DNA of 64,000 nucleotides from an uncultured Chloroflexia bacterium (GCA_963777865.1 CAVZSG010000004.1:115650-179649); one strand, 5' to 3'. Counted from the stretch's first letter, positions 43,356 to 58,423 are shown. Numbers and translations are program-made. Notes: generated by a model from the letters alone, not told the origin.

Positions 43356-45610
43356 CCTTCTTCTCCCTTGCCGAGTCTCGCGACCAGATCCTCTGCGGCC
43401 TTGTAAACGAGCGCCCAGAGGGTCAGGGTCGGATTGATCCCCGGACAGGTTGGCATCGCTGAACCACCAAAAACATACAGTCCGTCGGTATCGTGCACCT
43501 TCAACCCGGCATCGACCACGCTGCTTCCCGGATCTGGGCCCATCCGCGTTCCACCAAGATCATGACTGCTTCCGACACCCGTGAAATCGGGTCCGTTCCA
43601 CGTCTTTGTGGCCCCCATCTTCCTGAGGATATCCCCTGCCGTTTCATGGAAGAACCTCGCAATTCGGCGTTCGTTCTCCTTAAGGTCGTACGTAACGCGA
43701 ACCACAGGCATTCCTAGCCCACTCTTGTCGCGACGATGGGGATCGATATCCGCATAATTCGACGTGTATGACAGCGCCTCTGGTTGTGCCCGAACCACGC
43801 CCAGATGCTGCCATTCACGCAGGTGATGCTTGTATCCAGGTCCCCAACGCGGGACATCCGCCGGCAGGCTCTCACGCGCGATCTGGATCGGCAGAAATTG
43901 GTTCTCGGCCCCAAGTGTCATTCCACCCAGGAATTGCCCCGAGGCCCAGGAGTCGAATCCCTCCTCGAGGTAATCGTCAAGAACAACTCCCTGCGCGGCC
44001 GGGCCGGTATGTCGATTGAAGTTCTCGTCCGGAAAGTAGCCACCAACATGCGCAAACATCTTGATCATCAAATGCTTACCAAGCTGCCCCGAGTTATTCC
44101 CCAATCCGTCCGGGTGCTTTGCGTCGGCGGAAAGGAACATCAGGCGCAGGTTTTCCCACGTGTATGAGCAGAGGATGACGGTCGTCGCCATTTGCTGATG
44201 CGTCTTGCCGAGCGCGTCAACGTATTCAACTCCAGTGGCTCGCCCGTCGGAGTCTGTCAAGACTCGAGTCACGCGGCAATTGGTCCGCAAATCGAAATTG
44301 CCAGTCGCCAATGCAGCTGGAAGTGCGGTCAGCGTTGGCTGCCACTTGGCGCCAGTCCAGGAACCGAAGCCGTTGTCCCACGCGGTGTAGCTCGCGGCCG
44401 GATACCCGTTGTATGGCTCAGTGTTGTACCCCACCGGGACTGGGTGCGGATGCAGACCCATGTTGCGGGTGGTCTCCGAGAAGCGCTCCCCAAGGCGAAA
44501 CGGACGAGTCGGCGGGAGCGGATAGCCCTTGCTGCGGCGGAGAAACGGATTGCTGTCGTCTCCGGCTATTCCGATTTCCCAATCAAGTCGTGTGAAATAG
44601 GGTTCAAGTTCGTCGTAACTCACTGGCCAGTCTGCGACCGTGCAATCCGCCGGAATGACCGATTTGCCCCAACGTTCCTCGATGTGCGTACGCAGCTTGA
44701 AGTGGTGAGGGTGAAAACGGCGCAACCAGGCACCGTAATGGATAACTGACCCTCCAGCGTTGTTCATCATCCGACCGAGGGAATAGGTTGGATCCTGGGT
44801 TGGGAGATCTTCTGCTGTGCGCCATCGGACCTCTTCGGACATGAATTTGGGTCCCAGGTTCTGACGGCAGTAGTAGGTCGCTCCGAGTTCGTCTGGCACA
44901 AACTCTGAAAGGCTTCGCAGGGGACCGGCCTCCAGACCGACGACCTTCAAACCAGCGCGGGCAAGAATCGGGGCGATCAATCCACCGACCGCGCCAACCC
45001 CAACCAGAATGACGTCGACCGGTCCGCTCGGGGGGAGTACTCCAGCCTGAGGATCGAAATTGGGATAGTCAGGATCAGGACTCGTCTGTGCGCGAAGTTC
45101 CTCCTGCACATCAGCAAGCGATTGGATGCGTCCGCCGAAATCGACTGGACCGCTTGAGAGATTGTCCTCGGCCGTATTGGCCAGCGTGATCCCCGGATGC
45201 CCCATGTATCGCCAACCGGCCTTGTCGACATTCCCGCCATACATCGGATCAGCAAACAGGCCCTCCTGACAATGCGCCCGCATCATCGCGAAGAAAGCGA
45301 CCTGATCGACTGCGGCCATCCCTGTCAAACGACCATGTTCAAGCTCAGTCAGCAAGTGGTCTTGATCAATTGATCCAAGGTCGGCAAAATCCGACCTGAA
45401 CTGGGTTCGAGCCACGGCATTTAGTCCGGCTAGCCCGAGGCGGTAGCTTGGCAACAGGGACGAATGCCAACCACCAAGCGTGCGATCCAGGTAGGTAACG
45501 GCTCCGATCTCGACGGCGCCAGGCCCACGTTCATCAGCCGGGAAAATGCGCTCGAAAACAGCACCGACCGTTGCCGCTTCAGTTCGGGTTAGCGCCATAA
45601 GTTCGTTCAC
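43352..45610 (-). CDS. GMC oxidoreductase fused to an N-terminal gluconate 2-dehydrogenase subunit-3-like domain
   Basis: N-terminal 'ERIFPADERGPGA...EGLFADPMYGGN...GWRYMGHPG'; then 'VILVGVGAVG', 'WPVSYDELEPYF', 'SHDLGGTRMG', 'NPTLT' in one uninterrupted ORF. Confidence 0.9.
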   Translation of the reverse strand: MNELMALTRTEAATVGAVFERIFPADERGPGAVEIGAVTYLDRTLGGWHSSLLPSYRLGLAGLNAVARTQFRSDFADLGSIDQDHLLTELEHGRLTGMAAVDQVAFFAMMRAHCQEGLFADPMYGGNVDKAGWRYMGHPGITLANTAEDNLSSGPVDFGGRIQSLADVQEELRAQTSPDPDYPNFDPQAGVLPPSGPVDVILVGVGAVGGLIAPILARAGLKVVGLEAGPLRSLSEFVPDELGATYYCRQNLGPKFMSEEVRWRTAEDLPTQDPTYSLGRMMNNAGGSVIHYGAWLRRFHPHHFKLRTHIEERWGKSVIPADCTVADWPVSYDELEPYFTRLDWEIGIAGDDSNPFLRRSKGYPLPPTRPFRLGERFSETTRNMGLHPHPVPVGYNTEPYNGYPAASYTAWDNGFGSWTGAKWQPTLTALPAALATGNFDLRTNCRVTRVLTDSDGRATGVEYVDALGKTHQQMATTVILCSYTWENLRLMFLSADAKHPDGLGNNSGQLGKHLMIKMFAHVGGYFPDENFNRHTGPAAQGVVLDDYLEEGFDSWASGQFLGGMTLGAENQFLPIQIARESLPADVPRWGPGYKHHLREWQHLGVVRAQPEALSYTSNYADIDPHRRDKSGLGMPVVRVTYDLKENERRIARFFHETAGDILRKMGATKTWNGPDFTGVGSSHDLGGTRMGPDPGSSVVDAGLKVHDTDGLYVFGGSAMPTCPGINPTLTLWALVYKAAEDLVARLGKGEEG

Positions 45611-45929
45611 GCTGGGTCGTCCTTCTCAACGATCTGCCGTGTCTCATCAGAACTGATGCTGGTTCCTGTGCTGAGACTCAGCTCGGGCCCACATTAGCAG
45701 GAGACTCGATGACGAAGCGGTGGATTTTCTGGTAGCCCCGCTCGTCTGAAATACCGACGGAGCATATCAATTGAATCGCCTGAGTCGTGATCAGACGCTT
45801 CGGGGCCATGCACGCTCGCCTGCTTTCCCGACCAAGCTTGCAGTTGCACCAGACGAACTACTGTTGGGCTAGTCCGGAATCTTCTCAGAACTATGCATAA
45901 TCGCTACGATGACTCCGTAATCGTGCGAA

Positions 45930-48562
<2,633 letters not shown>

Positions 48563-48578
<16 letters not shown>

Positions 48579-50261
48579 AAATCCACCACGCGGACTTCTA
48601 CCCGGCTCCGTCCATTCCAGGTTGAGATCGATGGCTCGACGACAAGGTCATACTTCTGATCACTGCGGGGTTCCCCCAGGCGCGCTGCATCCTTGAAGAG
48701 CACTCCGCGAACCGAGTAGTTGGTATCCCCGATTTCCATCTGCACGGTTTCGCCGGTCTTGCCAACCTTCTTCAGGTACATGAGATTTGCACCTCGCCAG
48801 AGCAGAAGAGGACGCGGGTTTCCGCGACCAAATGGTGCCAGGGTCTCGATCTTGTCGACCAAACCAAACGGCAGTCCTTGCGTCGTGACTTCGGCATCGA
48901 TCGCGATGGTCGCTGCGGCAACCTTGTAGGGGACTTGTTCTGCGTATGCATTCATTGCAGATCTGAACTTGGCGAGCTGATCACGGGAGACGGTCAATCC
49001 AGCCGCTCCCCCATGTCCTCCACTGTGCAATATGTATTCACTGTTCGCTCTGAATGCTTCAGCTATGTCCCATCCGGGAACCGACCTGCCTGAACCGGTC
49101 AATTGATCATCCGATCCACCAAGTACGATCGCTGGCCGACCATATCGCTCGACCAGTTTGGTTGCAACCGGTCCCAGTACGCCGCTGTGCCACTGATCAC
49201 CAGTCACAACCAGAATCGGATCATCCCTGGACAACTCGGCGGCAGTGAACGCGGCGGCCATGACCTTCTCGCTCAGCGTTTTACGTTGCTTCGATAGCGT
49301 CATGACCGAGCGCGCCCCTTCGGACGAACGATCAAAATTCGATGCGAGCAGCAGATCCAGTACCACGTCCGGCTCACCCAGGCGACCGGGACTGTTCAGA
49401 ACCGAAGAGATCTTGAATGGAATGTCCTCGGCCCGGATTTGCTGGAGATCGAACTTGGCCTCCCGAGCAAGCGCACGCAGGCCGTGGCGACGCGCGTCCC
49501 TGAGCTGAGCGATTCCGTCTCTGACCAGCGGTCGGTTGATGCCAGTCAGCGGAGCGACATCGGCCACGGTTCCGATAGCGGCCAGATCCAGATAGCGGCG
49601 ATGCCCCTCTCCATCCGGACACACCCGCACGCCGCGCTGCTCCAGCATCCGGACCGCCATCCACGCCAGACCCGGCTGCCGTCATCACCGTCGAGTCGCC
49701 ACCCGGGGCAAGTTGGGGATTCGCGAGACGAACGTCGGTTGGCAATTGCGCAGAGATCTGATGGTGATCGATCACGACCACGTCGATGCTGCTTTCTCGA
49801 ACTCTCGCTATTGTGTCCACGTCGTTTGAACCGCAATCGATCAAGATCAGCAGATTCGGCGAGGCCGCCAGGACTCGCGAGATTTGCGAATCGCGCAATC
49901 CGTATCCAGCATCCCGGCTCGGCAACATCCAAAGGATGTCTCGGTGGTTCACAGCAGCAAAACAGAGCGCCGAATAGAGAATCGCCGTTGAGGTGATTCC
50001 GTCGCAGTCATAGTCGCCGAAGATCAGGATTCGTTGACCCTCTGCGATCGCACGGGCAACCCGGTCGACTACTTCAATCAAGCCCGGGACGTGCGTCGCA
50101 TCAGCAGTCGTTTCCAGGTCAACGTTGAGCCAGGCCGCAACCTGTTCATTGCTCTCGAAGCCACGGCGCTGAAGGATTTCGTCGACTAGGCTGAAACCAG
50201 TGGCTGTGATCTTGCGTACATCGAGGGGAGCGGGTTCCTGCCAATGCGGGGGGATGGTCAT
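48563..50261 (-). CDS. recJ: Single-stranded DNA exonuclease RecJ (DHH/DHHA1), frameshift near 49670
   Basis: 'FGDYDCDG', 'IDCG', 'IDHH', 'GTVADVAPL', 'GSGRS', 'GGHGGAAG', 'PFGRGNP'. Confidence 0.92.
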
Positions 50262-50414
50262 GCTATCTCGAATGGTAGGAACGGGTACGAGAGTGTACGT
50301 TCACCCTTCGTGGTATTATAGCGATCTACCCCACAGGTCGATTCCCGATATCGGTCAGGTTCCTTAATCACGGAGCTTTCACGTTTGTTACGTCTGAATT
50401 CCAAGGAGTACTCG

Positions 50415-51621
50415 ATGCCGCGCAGTCAGGTATTGGGCTGTCTGATCACACGCCTGGTTCGAAACACCCGTCCAACATTGCGAAACTCAGTGATGTTTGT
50501 GGCCCTGGTAGCTCTGTTTGCCAGCATTCTCGCTCCGATGGCCGCCGCCCAGGACGAGGCATTTGTTGCGCCGTCCAAGGTTTGGGTCGAGGACACGGGC
50601 CATACGGTCGATCAGACATTCCTGAGAGATTGGCGCTCATACCAGATTCTGCTCGGTGACCCGATCTCCCAGGAGGTCCGCGACCGCGTCAAGATTGAGG
50701 GTGTGCCAACCAAGGAACGCACCATCCAGTATTTTGAGAATCTTGTGCTCGCCTCCACTGGTGATGCCGAACAGTCCGGCGACTCCTGGCATGTCCAGGC
50801 GCTTCCTCTCGGCGAGTATGCCTATGAGAAGGATGCCAAAAAGCTGGCCAAAGAAGATCTTGCCACAAGCGTCCGATTGTGATGGGTTTTCGGAGCAGGA
50901 TTGCTACCTCTTCGAGGACACAGGCCACACGGTGAAACTCGGGTTCAAGGGCTATTGGGAAGTAAACAAAGGCGAGCAGCTTCTTGGCTCTGCCCTGACT
51001 GAAGAATTCGTAGCCTCAGATGGTTGGACAACGCAATACTTCCGTAACGGCGTTCTTCGCTGGAAGGATGGCGAGGGAATCGTCCCCCGCGCTCTCGGCA
51101 AGGAAGCCGCCAAACGCGACAAGGTCAAGACGAGTGCAATTTCCCAGCCTGAGGGCATACCGGCCTATTCGGAAGCGATCTTCTCGCCTCCCGTCGAGGT
51201 GGTGGAGGTAACCGCGCCAACCGGTCCGGGTCCGCAGCAGGGTGCCTACAAGGAAATCGTCATCTCCATCTCACAGCAATACATGTGGGCATACGAAGAT
51301 GGCGTTACCGTTCTTGAAACCTACGTCAGCACCGGGACCGCAGAATCGATTGAAGTCACGACTCCAATCGGATACTGGTCAATTCTCACGAAGTACGACT
51401 CGCAGACGATGGAAGGCACGATTAGCAACGAGTACTACCGCGTCGAGGATGTTCCGTGGGTCATGTACTTCGACAACCTCGGCAACGCGATCCACGGGGC
51501 GTACTGGCACAACAACTTTGGTGTTCCAATGAGCCATGGTTGCGTAAACCTGCCAGTAGACATAGCTCAGTTCATGTACGGCTGGGCACCAATTGGCACG
51601 GCCGTCTCGGTCATCGCATAA
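50415..51621 (+). CDS. L,D-transpeptidase (YkuD) with N-terminal Chloroflexota-type repeats, frameshift near 50870
   Basis: Signal peptide; two 'xEDTGHTV...QYF' repeats; 'AIHGAYWHNNFGVPMSHGCVN' catalytic motif. Confidence 0.9.
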
Positions 51622-51665
51622 ACGACCCTGGACGGTAGACATCGGGTTTTCGCAACCGGAGCCCG

Positions 51666-52801
51666 ATGTCTCATTTCTCCGAGTCGCCGCCGTGGTATCG
51701 TCTCGGCGTGATTGATTTCCTCTACTCCGCCACTAAACCTGTCTTTTTCAGACTCGATCCCGAGCGAGTGCACGACCGTGTGATCTCCGTGCTCGGTCGC
51801 ATCAGTCAGACCCCATTCGCCCTCAACCAACTCCAACGTGCCGCCGCCTCACCTGATCCACGACTGTCGATTTCCATCGGCACGCTCAATCTGGCCGGGC
51901 CCGTAGGCATTGCCGCGGGTCTCGACAAGAATGCCGTCGCCTATCCTGCCCTCGGTGCACTCGGCTGGGATTATGTCGAGGTCGGAACCATCACTGTCGA
52001 GGCGCAAGATGGCAATCCCAAACCGAGGATGTTCCGTCTCCCCGAGGACCACGCGCTTGATCAACCGAATGGGTTTCCCGGGGCAAGGCGCCGACGCAAT
52101 TGCCATGAACATCGTGCAGCGACGGAAATGCGGCGTGCCGATCGGCTGCAACGTCGGGCCAAACAAGGCGAGCGTCGAAGCCGGACTTGATGCCGTCGTC
52201 CGGGATTGCACCGAACTGGTCAGACGATTCGCATCGCTGGCCGACTACCTTGTGATCAACATCTCCTCACCCAACACCGCCAAACTCCGGGACCTGCAGG
52301 GGAGCGAGGCGCTCCGGGCACTGCTGACCGAGGTTAAATCCGCCCGTCCCGCCAACGCGCAAAAGCCGCTCTTCGTCAAGATCGCGCCAGACCTGACCGA
52401 TGGGGAAATTGATGATGTCGTGAGTGTGGTTCTCCAGACCGGGATCGACGGGATCGTCGCGACCAACACGACCATTGCCCGCCCCGACTCACTCCAACAT
52501 CCGAACCGCACCAAGCCCGGTGGATTGAGCGGCGAACCATTGCGTGCCCGGTCACTCGAGGTAGTCGGCAGAATTGCCACGCGCGACGAACGGGACGTTA
52601 CCGATCATCGCGGTCGGCGGAATCTCTTCCGGTGCGCACGCCCTGGATGCGATTCGGGCTGGAGCATGGCTGGTGCAGGTTTATTCTGGTCTCATTTACG
52701 AAGGTCCCGGACTGGCCAACCGGATTCATGCCGAGCTATCCGCCGAACTGGACCGCACCGGTGCCAAATCCATCAATGAGCTTCGCGGTACCCATCTCTG
52801 A
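51666..52801 (+). CDS. pyrD: Quinone-dependent dihydroorotate dehydrogenase (class 2), frameshifted
   Basis: '[10 protein letters not shown]', '[10 protein letters not shown]', 'INRMGF', 'INISSPNT', 'VKIAPDL', 'ATNTT', 'GGLSG', 'YEGP'. Confidence 0.93.
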
Positions 52802-52804
52802 CCG

Positions 52805-53654
52805 CTAGAGCAAAATGCGTTGCGGCCGAGTGTACAGGTTGAACGACTCGCCGCGGAGGAAGCCGATCAGGGTCAGGTTGAACTCTTCGGCGAGCTCGAC
52901 TGCCAGACTGCTGGGTGCAGAGACGCCAGCCAGCACGGGAATCCGGCCGACGACCGCCTTCTGGGCCAACTCGTAGCTCAATCTGCCGCTGACCATCAGG
53001 ATCGGTCCGCCCGATCGCCTGGGCCGGATTGAGCAGCGACCAGCCGAGCAGCTTGTCGACGGCGTTGTGGCGACCGACATCTTCCCGCACGGCCAGCACC
53101 TCACCATCGGCCGTGAACAGAGCCGCGCCGTGCAGTCCGCCGGTGCTCTCGAACAGCGTTTGCCGTTTGCGCAACTCGGTCGGTAGCAGTTCGATGACAG
53201 CTCGATCAACGGTGACCAGGTCGGGCACCGGTTCGATTCCGCGCATGCTCAGCTCATCAAGCGATGCCTTGCCGCAGACGCCGCAGGCACTGACCGCGGT
53301 CCGGAAATGGGCACCGGCTCGGCGATCGGGATCGGAACCGGTGACCGTCGCGCTGACGATGTTGAAGTTCTGCACCGCCGAGCCCTTGGGACCGACGCAG
53401 AACTCCATCTGCCGGATCTGATCGGCGCGCTGGACGATCCCTTCGGCCCAGAGCAACCCGGCGGCGAGCTCGAAGTCGTTGCCAGGGGTGCGCATGGTGA
53501 CGTGGTTGAGGATCGGTTCGCCGGTCAGTTCGTCAGTCACCCGGATTTCGAGCGGCTCCTCGGTTGCCAGCCAGTCGGCTTTGCGCTTGACCCCATCCGG
53601 ACCCACCGAGGTCAGCCGCACCCTGGTCTTGCTGGACTTGCGCAGCTCGGTCAT
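52805..53654 (-). CDS. fdhD: Formate dehydrogenase accessory sulfurtransferase FdhD (frameshift near 53015)
   Basis: 'EEPLEIR', 'TMRTPGND', 'SACGVCG', 'TGGLH', '[12 protein letters not shown]', 'SGR', 'SAPSSLAV'. Confidence 0.93.
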
Positions 53655-53655
53655 C

Positions 53656-55894
53656 TCAGTCGGCTGCCTGACTGGTCGCGACGCGCTCGATGGTCACGAA
53701 GGCGTTGTAATCGGGCACGTTGGAGAGCGGCGACCGGGCCGATCGATCGAGCAGCATGTTGCCTTCCGGCCAGTAGACCTGGACGTTCCGCGGCTGGACT
53801 CGCGAGGTGAAAACGCGACCGGTCATCTCGCCGAAGCCGTTGCGAAGCGTGACCGTTTCGCCCTCGGTCAGGTTCAACGCGGCAATGTCGTCCCGGTTCA
53901 TGAAGACCGCATCCCGAGCTTTCGTTCCGGTCATGGCGTCGTGCTTTTCGTGGACCATGGTGTTGAACTGCTTGCCACGCCGGGACGAAACCGCAAACAT
54001 GCCGTCCGGAATCGCGACGTTCGGCAACTCGACGACGCTGAAATTGGCGCGGGCGTCGGCAGTCGGGAAGACCCAGTCGGCGCAAAGGTGTGGCCCGCCG
54101 TACTGGACCTGATCGCCGGTCGTGACGAGCGTCTGGATGCCGTCGTACGCCGGGACGATCCGGGCAATCTCCTCGCGGATTGCCTGGGTGCCGGTGAAGC
54201 CGATCCGGTCTGCCAGATCGGGGCGGACCCGACTGGCCAGTTCGCCGAAGACCTCCCACTCGGGCCGCGCCTCCCCGATTCTGCGACCGGCGATTTCCGG
54301 GCTGTACATGATCCGCCGCTCGGTGGAGGTCTGGGTGACGCCGCCGGGAACTTCGTAGCGAGTGGCGGCCGGCAGGAGGATGACCGTATCGGCCGGATCG
54401 GTGAACATCTGACTGCTGAGCACGATGTCGAGATGCACCCGCAGCGGAATCCGGGCCAGCGCGGCATCGACGTACGCCGGATCAGGCATCGCCTCGAGGA
54501 AGTTGCCGCCCATCGCGAAGAGGACATCCAGCTCGCCATTGGCAGCCGCGTCGATCATCATCGGGGCGGTCAGGCCGGGCGATTCGGGCACCGGGAATCC
54601 CCACGCTTCGGTGAGCGTGGCAGCGGATTCCGGCGTGATCGGGATCGTGCCGGGGAATGCCGTTGCGTACGCCCCCATCTCGGCGCCACCCTGGACGCCG
54701 GAGTGCCCGCGAATCGGCATCAGTCCGCACTTGTCCCGCCCGACGAACCCCTTGCTGAGCGCGATGTTGACGATCGCCCGGACCGTCGCCTCGCCGTAGG
54801 TGTGCTGGGTGACGCCCATCGACCAGACGAAGACGGCCGTTTTCGCATTGGCCACCAGTTCGCCGAACGAGCGCATCCGGGCCGTGGTCGTTCCGGACGC
54901 AGCCTCAAGATCGGCCCACGAGAGCGAGCCGACGTGCGCTTCGGCGGCGGCGAAATCGTTTGTGTGCTTGTCCACGAAGTCCCGGTCGATTGCGCCCCGC
55001 TCGATCATGTGCTTGAGCGCGCCGGAGAGGAAGGCGACGTCTCCGCCGGTCGAGATCAGGAAGGTGTCGTCGACCAGCTTGGTGCCGAAGAGTGCGCTTT
55101 CCGGGATCGACGGAATCCAGTAGCGCTCCATGCCCGGCTCGCGCATCGGTGTTGATGCTGACGATCTTCGTCCCCTCGGCTTTGGCGTGGTGCATGTACT
55201 TGGTCGTGACCGGCTGATTGTTGGCCGGGTTGGAGCCGATGAAGACGAGCAGATCGGTGCCGATCCAGTCGGTGTAGGAGCAGGTGGTGGCCGAAACGCC
55301 GAGGGTTGCCTTGAGCGAAACGGTGCTGGGCGAGTGGCAGATGCGGGCGGCGTTATCGATGTTGTTGGTGCCCATCGCCCGGACCGCTTTCTGGGCGGCG
55401 TAGTAGGTCTCGTTGGGGACGCCGCGGCTGGTCAGGTAGTAGCCGGTGCGGTCGGGGTGGACGTCCCGGATGCGCTGCGAGATCAGATCCATCGCGACGT
55501 TCCAGGTGATCCGGGAGAAGCCGCGATCGCCCTTGCGCCGGATCATCGGGTAGGGCAATCGACCGAGCTCGCGCAGTTCGGCACTCGATCTGGACCGGTA
55601 CGCCGCGACATCTGCCAGCGGTCGGTGATCGAGGGCGGGCATCGTGTTCAGGCGGAGCAGGCGGAGGCGGATGTTGCAGAGATGCGGACCGTCGAGCGTC
55701 CAGTCGTGCAAACCGGCGACCCCGAGTGCGCAGCCATCGCAGACGCCCTGGGAGAGGATGCGCCAGGCGAACCCGGCCTCATCGCGGTTTTCCCAGAGGG
55801 CGCGGGTGACTTCGGCGAAGTTGTTGGGATGTTGCTCGCCGATGCCGAATGGCTTCAGGCTGGCCCAGAGTGACGGGTTAAGCGGACGCGCCAT
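53656..55894 (-). CDS. FdhF/YdeP-family molybdopterin oxidoreductase (frameshift near 55145)
   Basis: 'GVCDGCALG', 'YYLTSRG', '[14 protein letters not shown]', '[10 protein letters not shown]', 'RRGKQFN', 'WPEGN', 'PDYNA'; adjacent to fdhD. Confidence 0.9.
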
Positions 55895-55961
55895 GGTTAC
55901 CTCGCATGTTGGGGCAAGTATCCCATCCCTGGGGTTGGAGGTTGTTGGTTGAAGGTTGGGA

Positions 55962-56050
55962 CGGGGTTCTGGGTTTCAGGTTTTGGGTTTTGGCAGTGGG
56001 CGGGACTGGCGACTTTCCTCCTAATCCCTCAATCCCTTCGGCTAATCCCT
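55962..56050. repeat. Degenerate 7-8 bp tandem repeats (GGGTTTT-like; AATCCCTC-like)
   Basis: 'gggttct gggtttc aggtttt gggtttt' and 'aatccctc aatccctt...aatccct' in the serA-fdhF spacer. Confidence 0.55.
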
Positions 56051-58280
56051 ATTTCGCGGCTTCTGATCGGCGGCTGCGACCAACCGGGCCTGGGCTGGGG
56101 GGAGGGAGACGCGGTAGGCGGTTTCGACGCCCGGGATGGTCTTGATCTCGTCCAGCGCGGCCTGCGGAATTTCGTCGTCGACATTCAGCACCATCAGGGC
56201 CTCGCCGCCGCGATGATGGCGACCGACCTGCATGCCGGCGATGTTGACCCGGTAGAGCCCCATGATCGTGCCGACCCGACCGACGATGCCCGGCACGTCG
56301 CGGTGATGCGTGATCAGGACGTCGCCGGCCAGTGCGCGATCGAGGGCGAAGCGATCGACCTCGACGATTCCGGCGGTTCTCCGATCCCACATGACGCGGA
56401 CGTGATGCGACGTTTCGCCGAGCACTTCGAACGAGAACGACGGCTCGACATCGGCTTCATTGGCACCGGTCAGGGCGGTCAGACTGATGCCCAGCTCCTC
56501 GGCGACGATCCGGGCGTTGACCGAGGTGGTGAAGCGACCGGTCCAGCGGTTGATCGCTTCGGAGAGGGCGGCGCTGGTGACGTGCTCGATGACATCGGCC
56601 GGGACGATGCCGCGGACCGTGACCCGGAAGTCGGTCGGAATCTCCGGCTGCACGACCGTCAGCAAGTGACCGGCAGCTGCGGCAACCGAGGTCAGGCGCT
56701 GGAGATCGGGAGCGAGCAACGAGGCGGGCGGCAGATTGACCGCGTTCGGGACCGACTCGCCGGCCAGCGCGGCCAGGGTTGTGGTGCTGATCATCTCGCC
56801 GACGTTGGCCAGCGCTTCGGCACTCGAGCCACCGGTGTGCGGGGTCAGGACGACGTTCGGCAGCGAGAAAAGCGGGCTCTCGGTGGTCGGTTCGAACGGG
56901 AAGACATCGACTCCGGCGCCGCGCAGGTGACCCTTGGCGACCGCTTCGGCCAGCGCATCCTGATCGACGACATCGCCGCGCGCCGCATTGATGACGATCG
57001 AGCCCGGTTTGATGAGCGCGATCCGTTCGGCATCGAGCATGTGCCGGGTCTGATCGGTGCTCGGGCAGTGATAGGTGACGACATCGGCGCGGGCGAGCAG
57101 ATCCAGGTAATCGACCTGCTCGACGCCGAGTTCATCGAATCGCTCCGGGCGGATGAACGGGTCGTAGGCGATGACGTGCATCTCGAACGCCTTGAGCCGG
57201 GTTGCGACGACCGTGCCGACCCGACCGAGACCGACGATGCCGACGGTTTTGCCGGCCAGATCGATCGGTTTGATCTTCTTGCGTTCCCAGCGACCGGCCC
57301 GGGTGCCTTCATCGGCGATGTTGATCTGGCGGGTGACGGCGAGGAGCAGGGCGATGGTGTGCTCGCCGGCCGAGATCCGGTTCGCTCCCGGCGCATTCAG
57401 GACCAGCACGCCGCGCCGGGTGGCGGCATCGAGATCGACGTTATCGACCCCTACTCCGGCCCGGGCGACGACCCGCAGTTTCGGTCCGGCGGCGAGGACT
57501 TCCTCGGTCACCTGGGTCTCGCTGCGGACGACCAGGGCATCGGCATCGGGCAGAACGGCGAGCAGGGCGGGCAGATTGGTGCCATCGACATCGGTCAGTT
57601 CGGCGGCCGAGGCGAGATGGGCGCGGGCACCGGGATCGATCTGATCGGCGATGACGATCCGCGGTCGGTTGCGCATCAGGTTGCTCAGTCGCTCGTTCTC
57701 GCGCTTGAGCTCGTCGAGCCGGTAGATGATCGCCATCAGGCTGGAGACCGGCCAGATCTTTTCGTGCGGTTCGAAGGCCGGGGTCGATTCGGTCGTGATC
57801 AGAAACGTCGTGATACCGGCTTTGGCGTAATTGACCGCGTGGCGAACACTGTCCTCGACCGCGAATGTGCAGCCCTCGGCGCCGGCGACTTCGGCCTTGT
57901 CGTCCGAGAAGAGCATCTTGACGTCCGGGAAGCCGTGGCGACGGAGCCAGGCCGCGGTCATCGCGCGCGATTCCTCGTTGCGGGCGGTCAGGATGCGCAC
58001 GTGCTCCATGCCGAGCAGTTCGATGATCCGGGCGATGAATTCCTGGGCGTCGGCGCCTGGCATCAGGTGCGAGGCCGGTCCGTCGTCGGAATAGACCCAC
58101 TCGCGGACCGCCATCGGCACATTGAGACCGGCCGAATCGATAAATGCCGACTCGGGCAGATCCATGCCGAAACGTGGAATTGGCGGCCACGGCAAGCGGA
58201 CGCGGATGCTCGGTCAGGACGCCATCGAGATCGATGGCGATATTGAGCGAATGTGGCGACGAAAGCGGCGTCGACGACAT
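56042..58280 (-). CDS. serA: D-3-phosphoglycerate dehydrogenase with N-terminal HAD (5'-nucleotidase/YqfW-like) domain; frameshift near 58170
   Basis: HAD motifs 'IAIDLDGV', 'ILTAR', 'DDKA', 'VEDS'; then 'VRSETQV', 'ARAGVGVDNVD', 'GLGRVG', 'INAARG', 'DVFPFEP', 'TPHTGGSS' and ACT domain 'HRDVPGIVGRVG'. Confidence 0.9.
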
Positions 58281-58358
58281 GGGGTCGGGTATCTCCGGGT
58301 GCAATCAGTCAGAAGGGGGACGCGCCGGTGGGTCCGTGCTGAGAGTATAGGTTGGTAA

Positions 58359-58423
58359 GTCGAGGAGTCGAGTAGGCGAGAAGTCGAGGAGAGACGAAAA
58401 GACGAGGAGACGATCAGACGAAT
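58359..58423 (+). repeat. Degenerate 8-bp tandem repeat (AGTCGAGG/AGACGA..)
   Basis: agtcgagg agtcgagt aggcgaga agtcgagg ag agacgaaa agacgagg agacgatc agacgaat. Confidence 0.75.

Noticed and set aside
53656-55894. Selenocysteine-containing formate dehydrogenase
   Set aside because: Active-site motif is 'ARICHSPS' with Cys; the ORF break is a frameshift, not an in-frame TGA.
55949-58246. 765-aa plus-strand ORF (also 53479..55155, 10227..11207 and 25185..26132)
   Set aside because: Antisense shadows of GC-rich real genes (serA, fdhF-like, ABC ATPase, ndh) with no motifs of their own.
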